Assembly (NCBI GenBank): GCA_010093745.1
Contig: MU005963.1
Span: 268,217 to 332,216 of the forward strand
Direction: 5' to 3'
DNA length: 64,000 nt
Source of the DNA: Piedraia hortae CBS 480.64
Lineage: Eukaryota
Shown: positions 10,871-21,229 of the stretch, one piece after another
Position numbering within the stretch: position 1 is the stretch's first letter
Layout of the letters: each line of letters opens with the position of its first letter
Program-made: the position numbers and the translations under genes
The notes under the pieces: model-generated
What the model saw: only the letters and a program-made list of their open reading frames with translations
Databases searched by the model: none
Told to the model about the DNA's origin: nothing

Positions 10871-12514
10871 ATGGACCAAAAAATCGCCTGCCTAGGCGGG
10901 GGCCAACTCGGCCGCATGCTCTCGTTTGCCGCATCCCTCCTCGAACTCCCACCCATAATCTTCGCTGACGTCGGCACAAACACCCCCGCGAAGCAGATCA
11001 CCTGCTCTTCAGCAGGACACATCGACGGCTCGTTTCGCGATGCGGCCGTAATCCGCGCGTTATCGAGGCGGTGCGATATTCTTACCGTTGAGATTGAGCA
11101 TGTTGATGCGAAGGTGCTGGAGGAATTGGGGGAGAAGGTCCAGCCGCTTGGCGAGACGGTGGGGATTATACAGGATAAGTTTTTGCAGAAACAGTTTTTG
11201 AGGAAGAGGGGAGTGGGAGTTGTGGAGTGTTGGGAGGTTGGATCCCGGGGCAGTTGGGAGGGAGGGTTTCCGTGCATGTTGAAGAGGAGAAGGGGGGGTT
11301 ATGATGGACGAGGGAATTATGTTGCTAGGGATAAGGAGGGGTTTGAGGAGGGAGTGAGAGCTCTTGGGGGGGAGGGACTATATGTTGAGAAATGGGCGGA
11401 GTTTAGGATGGAATTGGCGGTCATGGTTGTGAAGACGAAGGAGGGGGTGATTGCGTTCCCGACCGTGGAGACGGTGCATGAGGAGAGTATTCTGAAGGTT
11501 ACGTATGCGCCTGCGAGGGGAGTGGGAAGGGAAGTTTGTAAAGCCGCGCGGGAGTTGGCGATGAAGGCGGTGGAGGGGTTCAAGGGAAAGGGGGTGTTTG
11601 GGGTCGAGATGTTCTTGTTGGAGGATGGAACTTTGTTGGTGAATGAGATTGCGCCGAGACCGCATAACTCGGGGCACTATACGATAGAAGGATGTATGGT
11701 GTCGCAGTTTGAGGCACATCTGAGGGCTATATTGGATCTGCCGCTGAAGCAGGAGGATTTGGAGCTCAGAGAACCGTCTATCATGCTGAATATTCTGGGA
11801 GGAGAAGACAAGGATTCGCATAAGAAGGTTGCTGCAGAGGCTACGAAACATCGACGGACAAAAGTCCATCTGTACGGCAAGGGAGAGGCGAGAAAGGGGA
11901 GGAAGATGGGCCATATCACCGTTTGTGCTCCTACCATGGCCGAAGCAGAGGCCATTGTCCAGCCTATGCTTGACTTTGTCAACGGCACAAAGACCCCTAT
12001 AGAGAGTAAGAAGACTCCCACCGTCGCGGTGGTGATGGGCTCCGACTCGGACCTGCCCGTGCTAAAGCCGGGACTCGAGCTGTTGGAGACGTTCAAGATC
12101 CCTTATGAAGTCAGGGTGACTTCTGCCCATCGAACGCCGCGCTGGATGGCGGAATATGCAACTAACGCAGCGTTGCGGGGTACCAAATGCATCATTGCCG
12201 CCGCAGGGGGAGCTGCACATTTGCCTGGCATGGTGGCCGCACACACGCCGCTGCCCGTCATTGGCGTGCCTGTGAAGCCCACCATTGGCGATGGCACGGA
12301 CAGTTTGCTGTCCATCTGTAACATGCCCAAGGGCGTGCCGGTGGCGACGGTAAGCGTCAACAACAGCATCAACGCGGCACTGCTAGCAGCCCGAATCTTA
12401 GGCATCAGCGACGCAGCGATACGGGAACACACAGAAGAGTACATAAGCGAGTCGGATAGGGCAGTAAGGGCCAAGGACGAGCGGCTACAGGCCCAGGGCC
12501 CGTGGGAGTACTGA
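10871..12514 (+). CDS. ADE2: Phosphoribosylaminoimidazole carboxylase (PurK-PurE fusion)
   Basis: 'LGGGQLGRML', 'GYDGRGN', 'NEIAPRPHNSGHYT', 'MGSDSD', 'SAHRTP', 'AGGAAHLPGMVA'. True start MDQK in CAAAATG context. Confidence 0.97.
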   Translation: MDQKIACLGGGQLGRMLSFAASLLELPPIIFADVGTNTPAKQITCSSAGHIDGSFRDAAVIRALSRRCDILTVEIEHVDAKVLEELGEKVQPLGETVGIIQDKFLQKQFLRKRGVGVVECWEVGSRGSWEGGFPCMLKRRRGGYDGRGNYVARDKEGFEEGVRALGGEGLYVEKWAEFRMELAVMVVKTKEGVIAFPTVETVHEESILKVTYAPARGVGREVCKAARELAMKAVEGFKGKGVFGVEMFLLEDGTLLVNEIAPRPHNSGHYTIEGCMVSQFEAHLRAILDLPLKQEDLELREPSIMLNILGGEDKDSHKKVAAEATKHRRTKVHLYGKGEARKGRKMGHITVCAPTMAEAEAIVQPMLDFVNGTKTPIESKKTPTVAVVMGSDSDLPVLKPGLELLETFKIPYEVRVTSAHRTPRWMAEYATNAALRGTKCIIAAAGGAAHLPGMVAAHTPLPVIGVPVKPTIGDGTDSLLSICNMPKGVPVATVSVNNSINAALLAARILGISDAAIREHTEEYISESDRAVRAKDERLQAQGPWEY

Positions 12515-12634
12515 GATCTCTGACGTCGCTAGGGTTAGGCTGAAACCGACGTCACGCGGCTATCAGCCCTCCACCTGATAACGAAGTTTGAGTATAAAAG
12601 CTGTCGCAAGTTGGTTGGAAGCGGTCGCAACACC

Positions 12635-13561
12635 ATGGCCGTTCAATTTTCTCAACAACAGCGACAGCGCGTTCAATCCTCAGTATCCCATCCTCAACCC
12701 GCCGCATCATCTCACCCCCAACCCGCTGCCTCTCCCACCATCCCCAGTCCAACCAAAGAATGGATCCTCTTCCGGCCGCAAAGCCCCGTAGAATCCACCG
12801 ACTCGCTCAGTCTCGTCGACTCCCTCGACGATAGTCTCGACGGCCATCTTCCCGCCTTCGACCAGACCCAAACTTCAGATACCGTCCTCCTCCCCCGCCA
12901 CGACGGACTCGGCACCTTCTCCTCCGCCGCCGTGCAGGAACAGATCTGGCACTTTGAGCCGCATAACCCTCGCAAGAGACATGTCCATGACCTGAGCCAT
13001 TTCTCCTCCCCCAATAACCCTACCGCACGCATCGAAAAATGGCGTCGCGATCACGCGCTTGAACCTCGGTCTGAGGATGCCGTCTCTCTCTCGCCATCAA
13101 CCTGGTGGCAAAGAATAATAACCTACATTGGGCTTGATGAGGCCTTACTATCCCTCATCTTCACCGACCGCCCATCCCCTCTGGAAAAACCCCCCTCTCG
13201 CGTAGCATTCTACTCCACAACCTACGCGCACAAAAGCTGGCGACACATTGACCGGATAATTTCGCGGGAGTTGGGGGTATTAGTCCATCAACTCCTCGAA
13301 GAATCTCCTTCCTGCTCAGCCAAAGTCCACCCAGCGGAGGAGATACAATTCAAACCAACACTCAACCCCGTCGAAGACGACGACGATGACGGGGAAATTG
13401 AGCGAACACTCTACTGGGAGAGAGAAGTTGACGTGGCAATGCTGTTAGCCTACCTCTCCCACAGATTCTCTCCTTTTCGGAGTCGAAAACCTACCACTAC
13501 ACCAGACTCTAGACGTGCGGCGAGGATCAACCATCCACTCATCAAACACACTTCAAACTAA
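12635..13561 (+). CDS. Hypothetical fungal protein
   Basis: 308-codon ORF from CACCATG. Contains 'EWILF', 'LPRHDGLGTF', 'ARIEKWR', 'YWEREVD' blocks that look conserved. No family recognised. Confidence 0.7.
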   Translation: MAVQFSQQQRQRVQSSVSHPQPAASSHPQPAASPTIPSPTKEWILFRPQSPVESTDSLSLVDSLDDSLDGHLPAFDQTQTSDTVLLPRHDGLGTFSSAAVQEQIWHFEPHNPRKRHVHDLSHFSSPNNPTARIEKWRRDHALEPRSEDAVSLSPSTWWQRIITYIGLDEALLSLIFTDRPSPLEKPPSRVAFYSTTYAHKSWRHIDRIISRELGVLVHQLLEESPSCSAKVHPAEEIQFKPTLNPVEDDDDDGEIERTLYWEREVDVAMLLAYLSHRFSPFRSRKPTTTPDSRRAARINHPLIKHTSN

Positions 13562-13618
13562 AAAGCCTGTCTCATCATCCCCAACTGCATAATAAACCCA
13601 CAGCGAATACTTTTATGT

Positions 13619-16600
13619 CTAAAGCCTAGCAACCCGCTCAGCCAGCGCCTTAACCATCTCCTCCTCCGCCTCCAAATCCCTCAACGTAGTCATCTCTTTT
13701 TCCTTCACCTCCTCACTGACGGTATCAGGCAATGCATCGATAACCCTCCTCTGCGCGCTAATCTCCTTCACCACGGCCTCCACTTTCATCGCAATCTTCC
13801 TCCCTTCGCGGGTTGAATCCCACTCCTTAACGACCAAAAACACATTCGCGTCTGCTGAAACGGAATATCCCGCTACATTCTTCCCCTCAGGAACGTTTCT
13901 CCCGACAAAAATCTCAGAAACCTGCTTCCCCGCTAGTGCCTTCACCGCCGCTACATCAATTTCTTGAGTAGTCTGTATAACCGCCCTGCCGCCTTCTTTG
14001 ATTTTGTATTCTTGGACTAGACTTCTGATTCCGCGTGCACAACCCAAAATTCGTTCGTAGGAGGCTTCCGCCTCTGGGTTGTGGAATTTTGGTTGGAAGG
14101 TGGGAAATGGGGCAAGGACGATTGAGGGAGTGACGTCACCTTCCCGACGAGGGAGACGTTGCCAGAGTTCTTCGGTTAAAAACGGCATGAAGGGGTGCAT
14201 TAGACGTAAAGCGCCGTCGAGACCGGTGTAGAGGGTTTGGAGAACGCTTTCGCGTTCGGTTCCCTCGCGGAGGAGGAATTTGCTGTTCTCGATGAAGACG
14301 TCACAGAGCTCGTAGATCCAGTAGTTGTGCACCGCTTGGGTTGCTTGTGCGAACTCCCGCGCGGCAAGGGCGGTGTTGACTTTGCGCGCAGCATGGGTTA
14401 GTTTGTGGAGGAGCCAGCGCTCGGGTAGGGTGGTCCCTTGGGGGGGTTGGGATGCGGGTTGGAAGCTCTCCGGGAGGTTGCCCAACACGTATTTGGTTGC
14501 CTGGTAGATTTTGTTGCAGAAGTTGCGGTAGCTGCGCATGACTTTGACGTCGAAGTTGATGTCCCCTCCACCCGTGGTGTAGTTGATTAGGCTGAAGCGG
14601 AGGGCGTCGGCGCCGCATTCGTCGATTCCATCCGGGAAGGCGCTGCGTTGCCATTTGCTCGCTCGCTCGACTTCTTTGGGGGCGAGATTGCCTTCTTTGA
14701 GTTTTTGGGTTAGTGCGTCTAGGGTGATGCCGTCCATGATGTCTACCGGGTCGATGACGTTGCCGAGAGATTTGGACATTTTGCGGCCCTCGCTGTCGCG
14801 GATGAGGGAGTGGCAGTAGACTTCTTCGAATGGGACTTTGCCCGTTAGTTTGAGCCCGAAGAAGACCATGCGTGCCACCCAGAAGAAGAGAATGTCCCAT
14901 CCCGTTTCCATGAAGGTGGTGGGGTATAATTTTTGGTAGAGCTGGTTTTCTGTGTTGGGCCACCCAAGGGTTGAGAACGGCCAGAGACCAGATGAGAACC
15001 ACGTGTCGAGACAATCAGCGTCTCTCTCCAGGTCTTTGGGCTCGAAGTCTCTGCCAAACTTCTTCTTGGCCTTTTCGAGTGCCTCGGTCTCGTTTTGGGC
15101 ACACACCCAGTGCTTCTCGTCGGCGTCCATCTGGTCGTTGTCCATCTTGACATACCAGGCGGGTATCTGATGTCCCCACCACAGCTGCCGAGACAGGCAC
15201 CAATCATCAACATTCTCCATCCATCGATAGTAGTTGCTCTCCGCCGACTGGGGCTTGATCTTGATCTTGCCCTGCTTGACCACTTCCAACGCAGGCCCAG
15301 CCAGTGGCTTCATGTGCATCCACCACTGGGGCTTCAGGATAGGCTCAATGACGTCCTTGGACTTGGAACACATGGGGATTGACATCTTGTTGTTCTCCTT
15401 TCCCACATACAGCCCGAGTTTTTCCAGCTCAGCAATAACCCCATACCTCACATCGAAACGCTTCTGGCCCTTGAAGATGCCAGCATTGTCGTTCATCGTG
15501 CCGTCATCGTTCAGAATATTGACAAACTTGAGGCTGTGCTCCTTGCCGCGCCTAAAATCGTTAAAGTCGTGTGCCGGGGTGATCTTGACCGCCCCCGTGC
15601 CAAACTCCCGATCTACAGTCTCGTCGCCAAAGATGGGCAACAACCGGTCGACGAATGGATGCTTGACCTTTTTGCCAATAACATCCTTATACCGCTCATC
15701 ATCAGGATGCACAGCTACACCCGTGTCGCCCAGCATCGTCTCTGGACGCGTAGTGGCTACATGGATGGTGCGGTCAGTTCCCTCGACAGGATACTTGAAC
15801 ATCCAGATGCTGCCGAATTCAATCTTCTTGTCATACCCTGGCACGTCAATCTTGGTCGATCCCTCAAGCTCCTTTTGGTCTACTTCTAGATTGGAAAGGG
15901 CAGTTTCCAGCTTACAGCACCAATTCACGAGACGATTAGCACGATAGATGAGACCTTCATCGTGCAACTGCACAAACGTCTGACGCACAGCTGCGGAAAA
16001 GGTGTCGTCCATGGTAAACGCTTCCTGATCCCAATCCACAGACGCTCCCAGTCGCTTAAGAACGCTGTTGATCTTTTCGTGGTAATCCGTCTTCCACTTC
16101 CACACCTCTTGCACAAACTTGGGTCTGCCGAGATCGTGTCTCGTCTGGCCGTTTATCTTGTACATCATGTTCTCGACCACGCTCTGGGTGGAGATGCCAG
16201 CGTGGTCGCAGCCGGGCACATAGAGCACCGTCTTGCCCAACATGCGGTTCCACCGGATCATGGCATCCTGCAAGCTGGTCGCAAGGGCGTGGCCAATGTG
16301 GAGTTTACCAGTGACGTTTGGAGGCGGGATGGTGATAACAAAGTATCCGGCGTCCTTGACGTTGCCGTCTGCCTTGAACTCCGGTTTATGGAAGCCTTCA
16401 TTCTGCCACCAGTCATACCAAGCGCTCTCCACCACCGACGGGATATATGCCTTGTGGTACTGGTCATCGAGCGGCTTCAGCACTTTCTTCTTGGTCGGCC
16501 CAGTCGTTTCTGCCTGATACGGCGGCAACTTTTCCTCGTCCTTTTTCTTCTTTTCCTTGTCTTTTTGCTTTCCCTGTGCCTGGGCTGCTGCCTCCTTTTG

Positions 16601-16750
16601 CTTCTGTTCTTTCAGTGCGAGCTTGGCCATCTTCGCTTCCTTGGCCTTCTTGTTGGCCTCTTCCTTGGCCTTTTTCTTGTCTGCTTTGGCCTTATCCTCG
16701 GCCGAGTCTTGGCCCATTGGGCGCGTGGCCGGAGTGTCTTGAGCGCTCAT
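13619..16750 (-). CDS. VAS1: Valyl-tRNA synthetase (cytosolic start; see finding for mitochondrial extension)
   Basis: 'PPPNVTGKLHIGH', 'GCDHAGISTQ', 'TTRPETMLGD', 'WCLSRQLWWGH', 'DTWFSSGLWP', 'KMSKS'. Confidence 0.98.
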   Translation of the reverse strand: MSAQDTPATRPMGQDSAEDKAKADKKKAKEEANKKAKEAKMAKLALKEQKQKEAAAQAQGKQKDKEKKKKDEEKLPPYQAETTGPTKKKVLKPLDDQYHKAYIPSVVESAWYDWWQNEGFHKPEFKADGNVKDAGYFVITIPPPNVTGKLHIGHALATSLQDAMIRWNRMLGKTVLYVPGCDHAGISTQSVVENMMYKINGQTRHDLGRPKFVQEVWKWKTDYHEKINSVLKRLGASVDWDQEAFTMDDTFSAAVRQTFVQLHDEGLIYRANRLVNWCCKLETALSNLEVDQKELEGSTKIDVPGYDKKIEFGSIWMFKYPVEGTDRTIHVATTRPETMLGDTGVAVHPDDERYKDVIGKKVKHPFVDRLLPIFGDETVDREFGTGAVKITPAHDFNDFRRGKEHSLKFVNILNDDGTMNDNAGIFKGQKRFDVRYGVIAELEKLGLYVGKENNKMSIPMCSKSKDVIEPILKPQWWMHMKPLAGPALEVVKQGKIKIKPQSAESNYYRWMENVDDWCLSRQLWWGHQIPAWYVKMDNDQMDADEKHWVCAQNETEALEKAKKKFGRDFEPKDLERDADCLDTWFSSGLWPFSTLGWPNTENQLYQKLYPTTFMETGWDILFFWVARMVFFGLKLTGKVPFEEVYCHSLIRDSEGRKMSKSLGNVIDPVDIMDGITLDALTQKLKEGNLAPKEVERASKWQRSAFPDGIDECGADALRFSLINYTTGGGDINFDVKVMRSYRNFCNKIYQATKYVLGNLPESFQPASQPPQGTTLPERWLLHKLTHAARKVNTALAAREFAQATQAVHNYWIYELCDVFIENSKFLLREGTERESVLQTLYTGLDGALRLMHPFMPFLTEELWQRLPRREGDVTPSIVLAPFPTFQPKFHNPEAEASYERILGCARGIRSLVQEYKIKEGGRAVIQTTQEIDVAAVKALAGKQVSEIFVGRNVPEGKNVAGYSVSADANVFLVVKEWDSTREGRKIAMKVEAVVKEISAQRRVIDALPDTVSEEVKEKEMTTLRDLEAEEEMVKALAERVARL

Positions 16751-16989
16751 GGCAAGGACGCTATAGAATCGCCTGACTGGAACAAGGCGCCGGAATGGCG
16801 CGTACCGCAGAATGATTTTCTGGTGATGTCGATGGCGCTAAGGCGGACTAGTAACGCTGTCCCCGCGCTAACCTCTTTCGGCTAACATATATCAACCGCG
16901 TGCCCCCGATGGATCACGAATATCAGTGACGATGGCCGTCTGGCCCGTCTCGATGAATGATTCCGTCCAGGTAGCTGCCGTAAACAAAA

Positions 16990-19203
16990 ATGATGTCCTC
17001 ACGCGTCCTTTCGCGGCTGCTGCCAACGGCCGAAGACAACTTCTCCATCCACGTAGACCAAGAGCAAACGGACGTCCATGTAGAGCCATACCACGACGAT
17101 GACCATGTGCCAGAGGACCTGCTCTACGATGCGGACGCCCAGGATAACGCAGATAGACGGCTCGAAAGCGGTGACTGGAGAGACAACGAAGACGTTCCAG
17201 AGTCTTTTCTGCTCGAAACTAACCCAACTACAAGAAAAGATGCAACCTCGCAATGGAGAAGGGCTCAGCAACAGTACAGCATGCACCAGATTTCCCCAAG
17301 AAGACACGCATCCCCAGAAGAAAATGCCCGTGCCAATGCCATGTGGACGTTTACCAACGTTAGCAACCTGGATGCGTTTCTGCGGGAAGTCTACCATTAC
17401 TACGTGAACCATGGCATATGGTCAATTTTCCTCAAACGAACGATAACATTGCTGACCGAAGCCTTTGTCTTTAGCTTTGCCATGTTTCTGAGCACCTGCA
17501 TCGACTATAGCAAGATCCCTGCAGGGAAGAAGATGGAAGACGTCCTCATCCCCAAATGCATGGCCAAGGCATCGTGGATAAAGAATGCAGCAGTCTTCAT
17601 CTTCATCGTCTACTGGTGCCTGAAGCTAGTGTCCAGCTTCAAAGACTGTCGTAGGCTCTACCACATGCACAACTTTTTCCAGCACGTCCTCGGAATCAAT
17701 GACGAGGACATACAAACCGCCACCTGGGTAGAGGTGGTTGACGGTCTAGTGAAGATCAAAGACGCTAACATCGCCACCGCAAAGCCAGGTTCTGCCCGCA
17801 AGTACACCAGATATGCCAAGTCCCAGCAGCGGTTAGATGCCGAGAGCATCGCAAACCGTCTCATGCGGCAGGAAAATTACTGCATTGCAATGTACAACAA
17901 AGACATCCTGGACATGGCACTGCCGTTACCATTTGTCGGGAGTCGCCAATTCTTCTCCAAGAGTCTAGAATGGTGCATCAATCTCTGTCTCACAAACTTC
18001 ATCTTCGACGAGCAAGGTAACATCCGCGCCTTCTGTCTGGACCACAAAAACCGCCATAAACTTGTCCAGACGCTTAAGACTCGTCTACGTTTCGCTGCCT
18101 TAATGAGCGTCATCATCGCACCCTTCAACATCCTCTGCTTCTGCATCTTATTCTTCCTAAAATACTACACCGAATTCACTCGCAACCCATCCAAAGTCGG
18201 AGCTAGGGCATTCACGCCCTTTGCCGAGTGGAAAATCCGCCAATTCAACGAACTCGACCACCTCTTCCAACGCCGACTCCGCATGGCCATGCCCTTTGCA
18301 GACGACTACCTCAAACAATTCCCCAAAAACAAAACCGACCAAATGGCCCGGTTCATCGCATTCATCAGCGGTTCCTTCGCTGCCGTTCTCGCCCTCGCAA
18401 CGCTCTTCGACCCGGAACTCTTCCTAACCTTTGAAATCACCCCCGGCAAGACCGCCATTTTCTACCTCTCCCTAACCCTTGGCACATTCACAGTGGCCTA
18501 CAGCATGGCCACCGAAGAAACCGAAGTCCACGACCCAGTCCTTCACCTCAACAACGTTCTCCTCTACACAAACTACAAACCCCGCCACTGGAAAGGACGG
18601 ATGCACAGCAGCGAAGTTCGCGCAGAGTTCTCGTCAATGTACCAAGTTCGCGTCATAATCTTCCTGGAAGAGCTCCTAAGCCTTATCGTCGCCCCCTGGA
18701 TTTTACTCCGCACGGCAGAGACACGCTGCGAGCGCATCATTGATTTCTTCCGCGAGAATTCCGTCCACGTGGATGGGATAGGTTATCAGTGCAACTTTGC
18801 TGTCTTCAACTTCAAGAAAGACGTCAATGCAGAGGATCCGACTTCTGTCCTCCAGGAGAGGCAGCAGCATTCCGCCCCGCAGGACGATAAGATGGCTTCG
18901 TCGATGCAGAATTTTGCGCGTTATTATGAGAGGAGGGGGGGCAGGGGGAGAAGGCCGCATGAGTGGCAGCCCCAGCCCACGTGGCCTTCGCTACTGGAGG
19001 AGCCGTTGAGGAGGACAAGGGCGGCGGAGCCGAGGTCGGGGAGGGGGAATGGTAAGGCTACTGCCGTGAGTCAGAGTGTTATGACGGAGGAGAGGGAGGA
19101 TAGTGGGAGTGAGGAGAAGGAGGAGGAGGATGTGTTGGGACGGGCAGGTGTACTGGGCATGTTGTATCAGGCGGGAAAGGTTAAGGGGGCTTCGGTTTTG
19201 TAG
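16990..19203 (+). CDS. ATG9: Autophagy protein Atg9
   Basis: 'NVSNLDAFLREVYHYY', 'RLDAESIANRLMRQENY', 'RQFNELDHLFQRRL', 'IIDFFRENSVHVDGIG'. Confidence 0.95.
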   Translation: MMSSRVLSRLLPTAEDNFSIHVDQEQTDVHVEPYHDDDHVPEDLLYDADAQDNADRRLESGDWRDNEDVPESFLLETNPTTRKDATSQWRRAQQQYSMHQISPRRHASPEENARANAMWTFTNVSNLDAFLREVYHYYVNHGIWSIFLKRTITLLTEAFVFSFAMFLSTCIDYSKIPAGKKMEDVLIPKCMAKASWIKNAAVFIFIVYWCLKLVSSFKDCRRLYHMHNFFQHVLGINDEDIQTATWVEVVDGLVKIKDANIATAKPGSARKYTRYAKSQQRLDAESIANRLMRQENYCIAMYNKDILDMALPLPFVGSRQFFSKSLEWCINLCLTNFIFDEQGNIRAFCLDHKNRHKLVQTLKTRLRFAALMSVIIAPFNILCFCILFFLKYYTEFTRNPSKVGARAFTPFAEWKIRQFNELDHLFQRRLRMAMPFADDYLKQFPKNKTDQMARFIAFISGSFAAVLALATLFDPELFLTFEITPGKTAIFYLSLTLGTFTVAYSMATEETEVHDPVLHLNNVLLYTNYKPRHWKGRMHSSEVRAEFSSMYQVRVIIFLEELLSLIVAPWILLRTAETRCERIIDFFRENSVHVDGIGYQCNFAVFNFKKDVNAEDPTSVLQERQQHSAPQDDKMASSMQNFARYYERRGGRGRRPHEWQPQPTWPSLLEEPLRRTRAAEPRSGRGNGKATAVSQSVMTEEREDSGSEEKEEEDVLGRAGVLGMLYQAGKVKGASVL

Positions 19204-21229
19204 GAGATAGGTTTTATTGGAGATGGTGAAGACAGTTCTTAACTGGTTAGTTCGCTTTTTCTCCAGTACATTTGGGAGCGAGCAACAGGCTGACTATGAG
19301 TTGATAAAGAGAGCCGCCTCAACTTCAGGGTCTTCCACCGAGTCGATCTTTTGCCATGAACTTTTGCAAATAGATACGTTACCATTGCTTATATGTACAC
19401 CTGGGCACCCACAATTCATAACCCGACGAGCACGAGTAGTCTCCTCCATCTAGATGGATTTGATAGTTTTCTCCATACTCCAGATTGAGACATGGGCTCG
19501 GTATCAACTTGCTCTGACAAGAAAATCTACCCATCCTTGGATTATTTCAAGGGACGAAACGGTGCGAGATGACTGCAATCTGCTGCTACGTCAATGTCCC
19601 TCAGTGATCATGGTTATCTTAAGCCGAGGAACCATCTCTGGTCGTGTTGATCGAGCCCCGTGGTACCTATTCACCCAGAGATATGCCCGTGGATCGTTCT
19701 AGGGCTCCGGAAACTGCTGTTTGCCTCCAGCTCCGATAATTCCATGACAATATCGGGATTGTCCCTGTATACCTTAATCATGGTCAGGTGGGAAAAGAAC
19801 AAGGATTTTAGTCGATTGCGCATGCTGGTTCTCGGTGAGGTTCTCGAATTATGGGCAATGGCTCGTTTGCAGTACAGCTGATCTCGATTTGGTCCCTATT
19901 TGTGCCGACGAACCGTGTGTCCGGTCTTTGCGCGTTGAGCTTACCCGGGAACTTAACGAGCAGTGCACCAGGCAGGTGGGAGGCAGTTTCTGCAGGCGAG
20001 ATGTCCCAACTTCCCATAGCTTGATATGAGATCTATGCTCAATGCCGCACTGAACAGTAAAGATTTGAAACTTCCTTGCTGGAACCCAGTCCTGCAACTG
20101 CATTGGGAGCGAGTTGCAGGGCCAAACGCCTATTTGCTTTTGTATGGGGACAGCCGGCGTGCTACCTGGTTGTCGTAGCGATCCATGGCGATCTCCTTGG
20201 TCGAATGCGCTGTCATCTTGATGATCTCATCTGGATAATGGTGAGAGCACTGTATTCGCCAGCAGGACCCGCGCGCAGGTCTGTAAACCTACGGTTCCTC
20301 TGCAAATTTTCCATCATCCTATGATTGGCAGTGGAGACGCCATATGCGTAGGACTTGTGCAGGGATGATACCACGTAAAGCGTCGATGAAATCGCGACGT
20401 ATCTACTGCACCCAGCAATTACCACCCTATAGACTGACCATAACCAATAACAAACAAACAACATCCCAATCCCTATGCTACCCACCTCCCATGCGCAATA
20501 GTCCCTTCTTCGCCCACCACCAAACTCCCACCGATGAAACGAAAAAATTCCAAAGATTCCCTGCCGATCCGAAGACTGACGGGAGCGGTCAAACTGTAAA
20601 AGTTTTCAACTAGCAAAAACGCAATCTCGGACGAATCCTCACTGATATGCGTACTGCCCGTGCACTCGGATGGAGAAGGAGAGAAAAGAAGAAGGGGAAG
20701 CGGGGTTATATGTGGGATAACCACGCTAGTAGACGCTAAGGCAAATCAGCAGGGATGGCGGGGTGGCCAATAGTCACGGCGACTTTTTGAATGGAGCAAT
20801 TAGAGGAGGGCTGGGTTTTAGCTACTTGGAGATTTACGGATTGGGCGAATGATTTTGATGAGGGAGTAGGAGAGGATTGGGGGTTCCTGTGTACGCCCCA
20901 GAAACTGTGCTGATGTGGAGAAGAAGGGCTGGATGCACGGTATAAATGACGGATAAACATGAACGGGGTGGGAGAAATGTTCCCGTAAGAGCCAGGGAGG
21001 GTGGCAGTTCCATGGAGCTGTCAAACCGGGGTGGTAACTCCACTGCTAAAGGTAATGACCTCACCTCGTCAGGACTGACTTTGCTCGACCCCAGAGCGGA
21101 GGGTACGTTGGGTCTCCGTTTGCCTTAGGTATTTTGTAGACACTGCGTTCTACACCTTGCTATCATTCTGTGACCATCGAGGCGTAAACCCTCAATACCA
21201 CTGATTTCTACAGATCCCCGAGATTTTTC

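Noticed and set aside
14301..16885. Long overlapping ORFs (237-307 aa) within ValRS, and similar ones inside GDH2, fimbrin and the NRPS-like gene
   Set aside because: Shadow ORFs from codon bias of the real gene; no recognisable motifs.
19217..21130. Cluster of short ORFs after ATG9
   Set aside because: The frames I translated show frequent stops and no recognisable family, so no feature can be supported.
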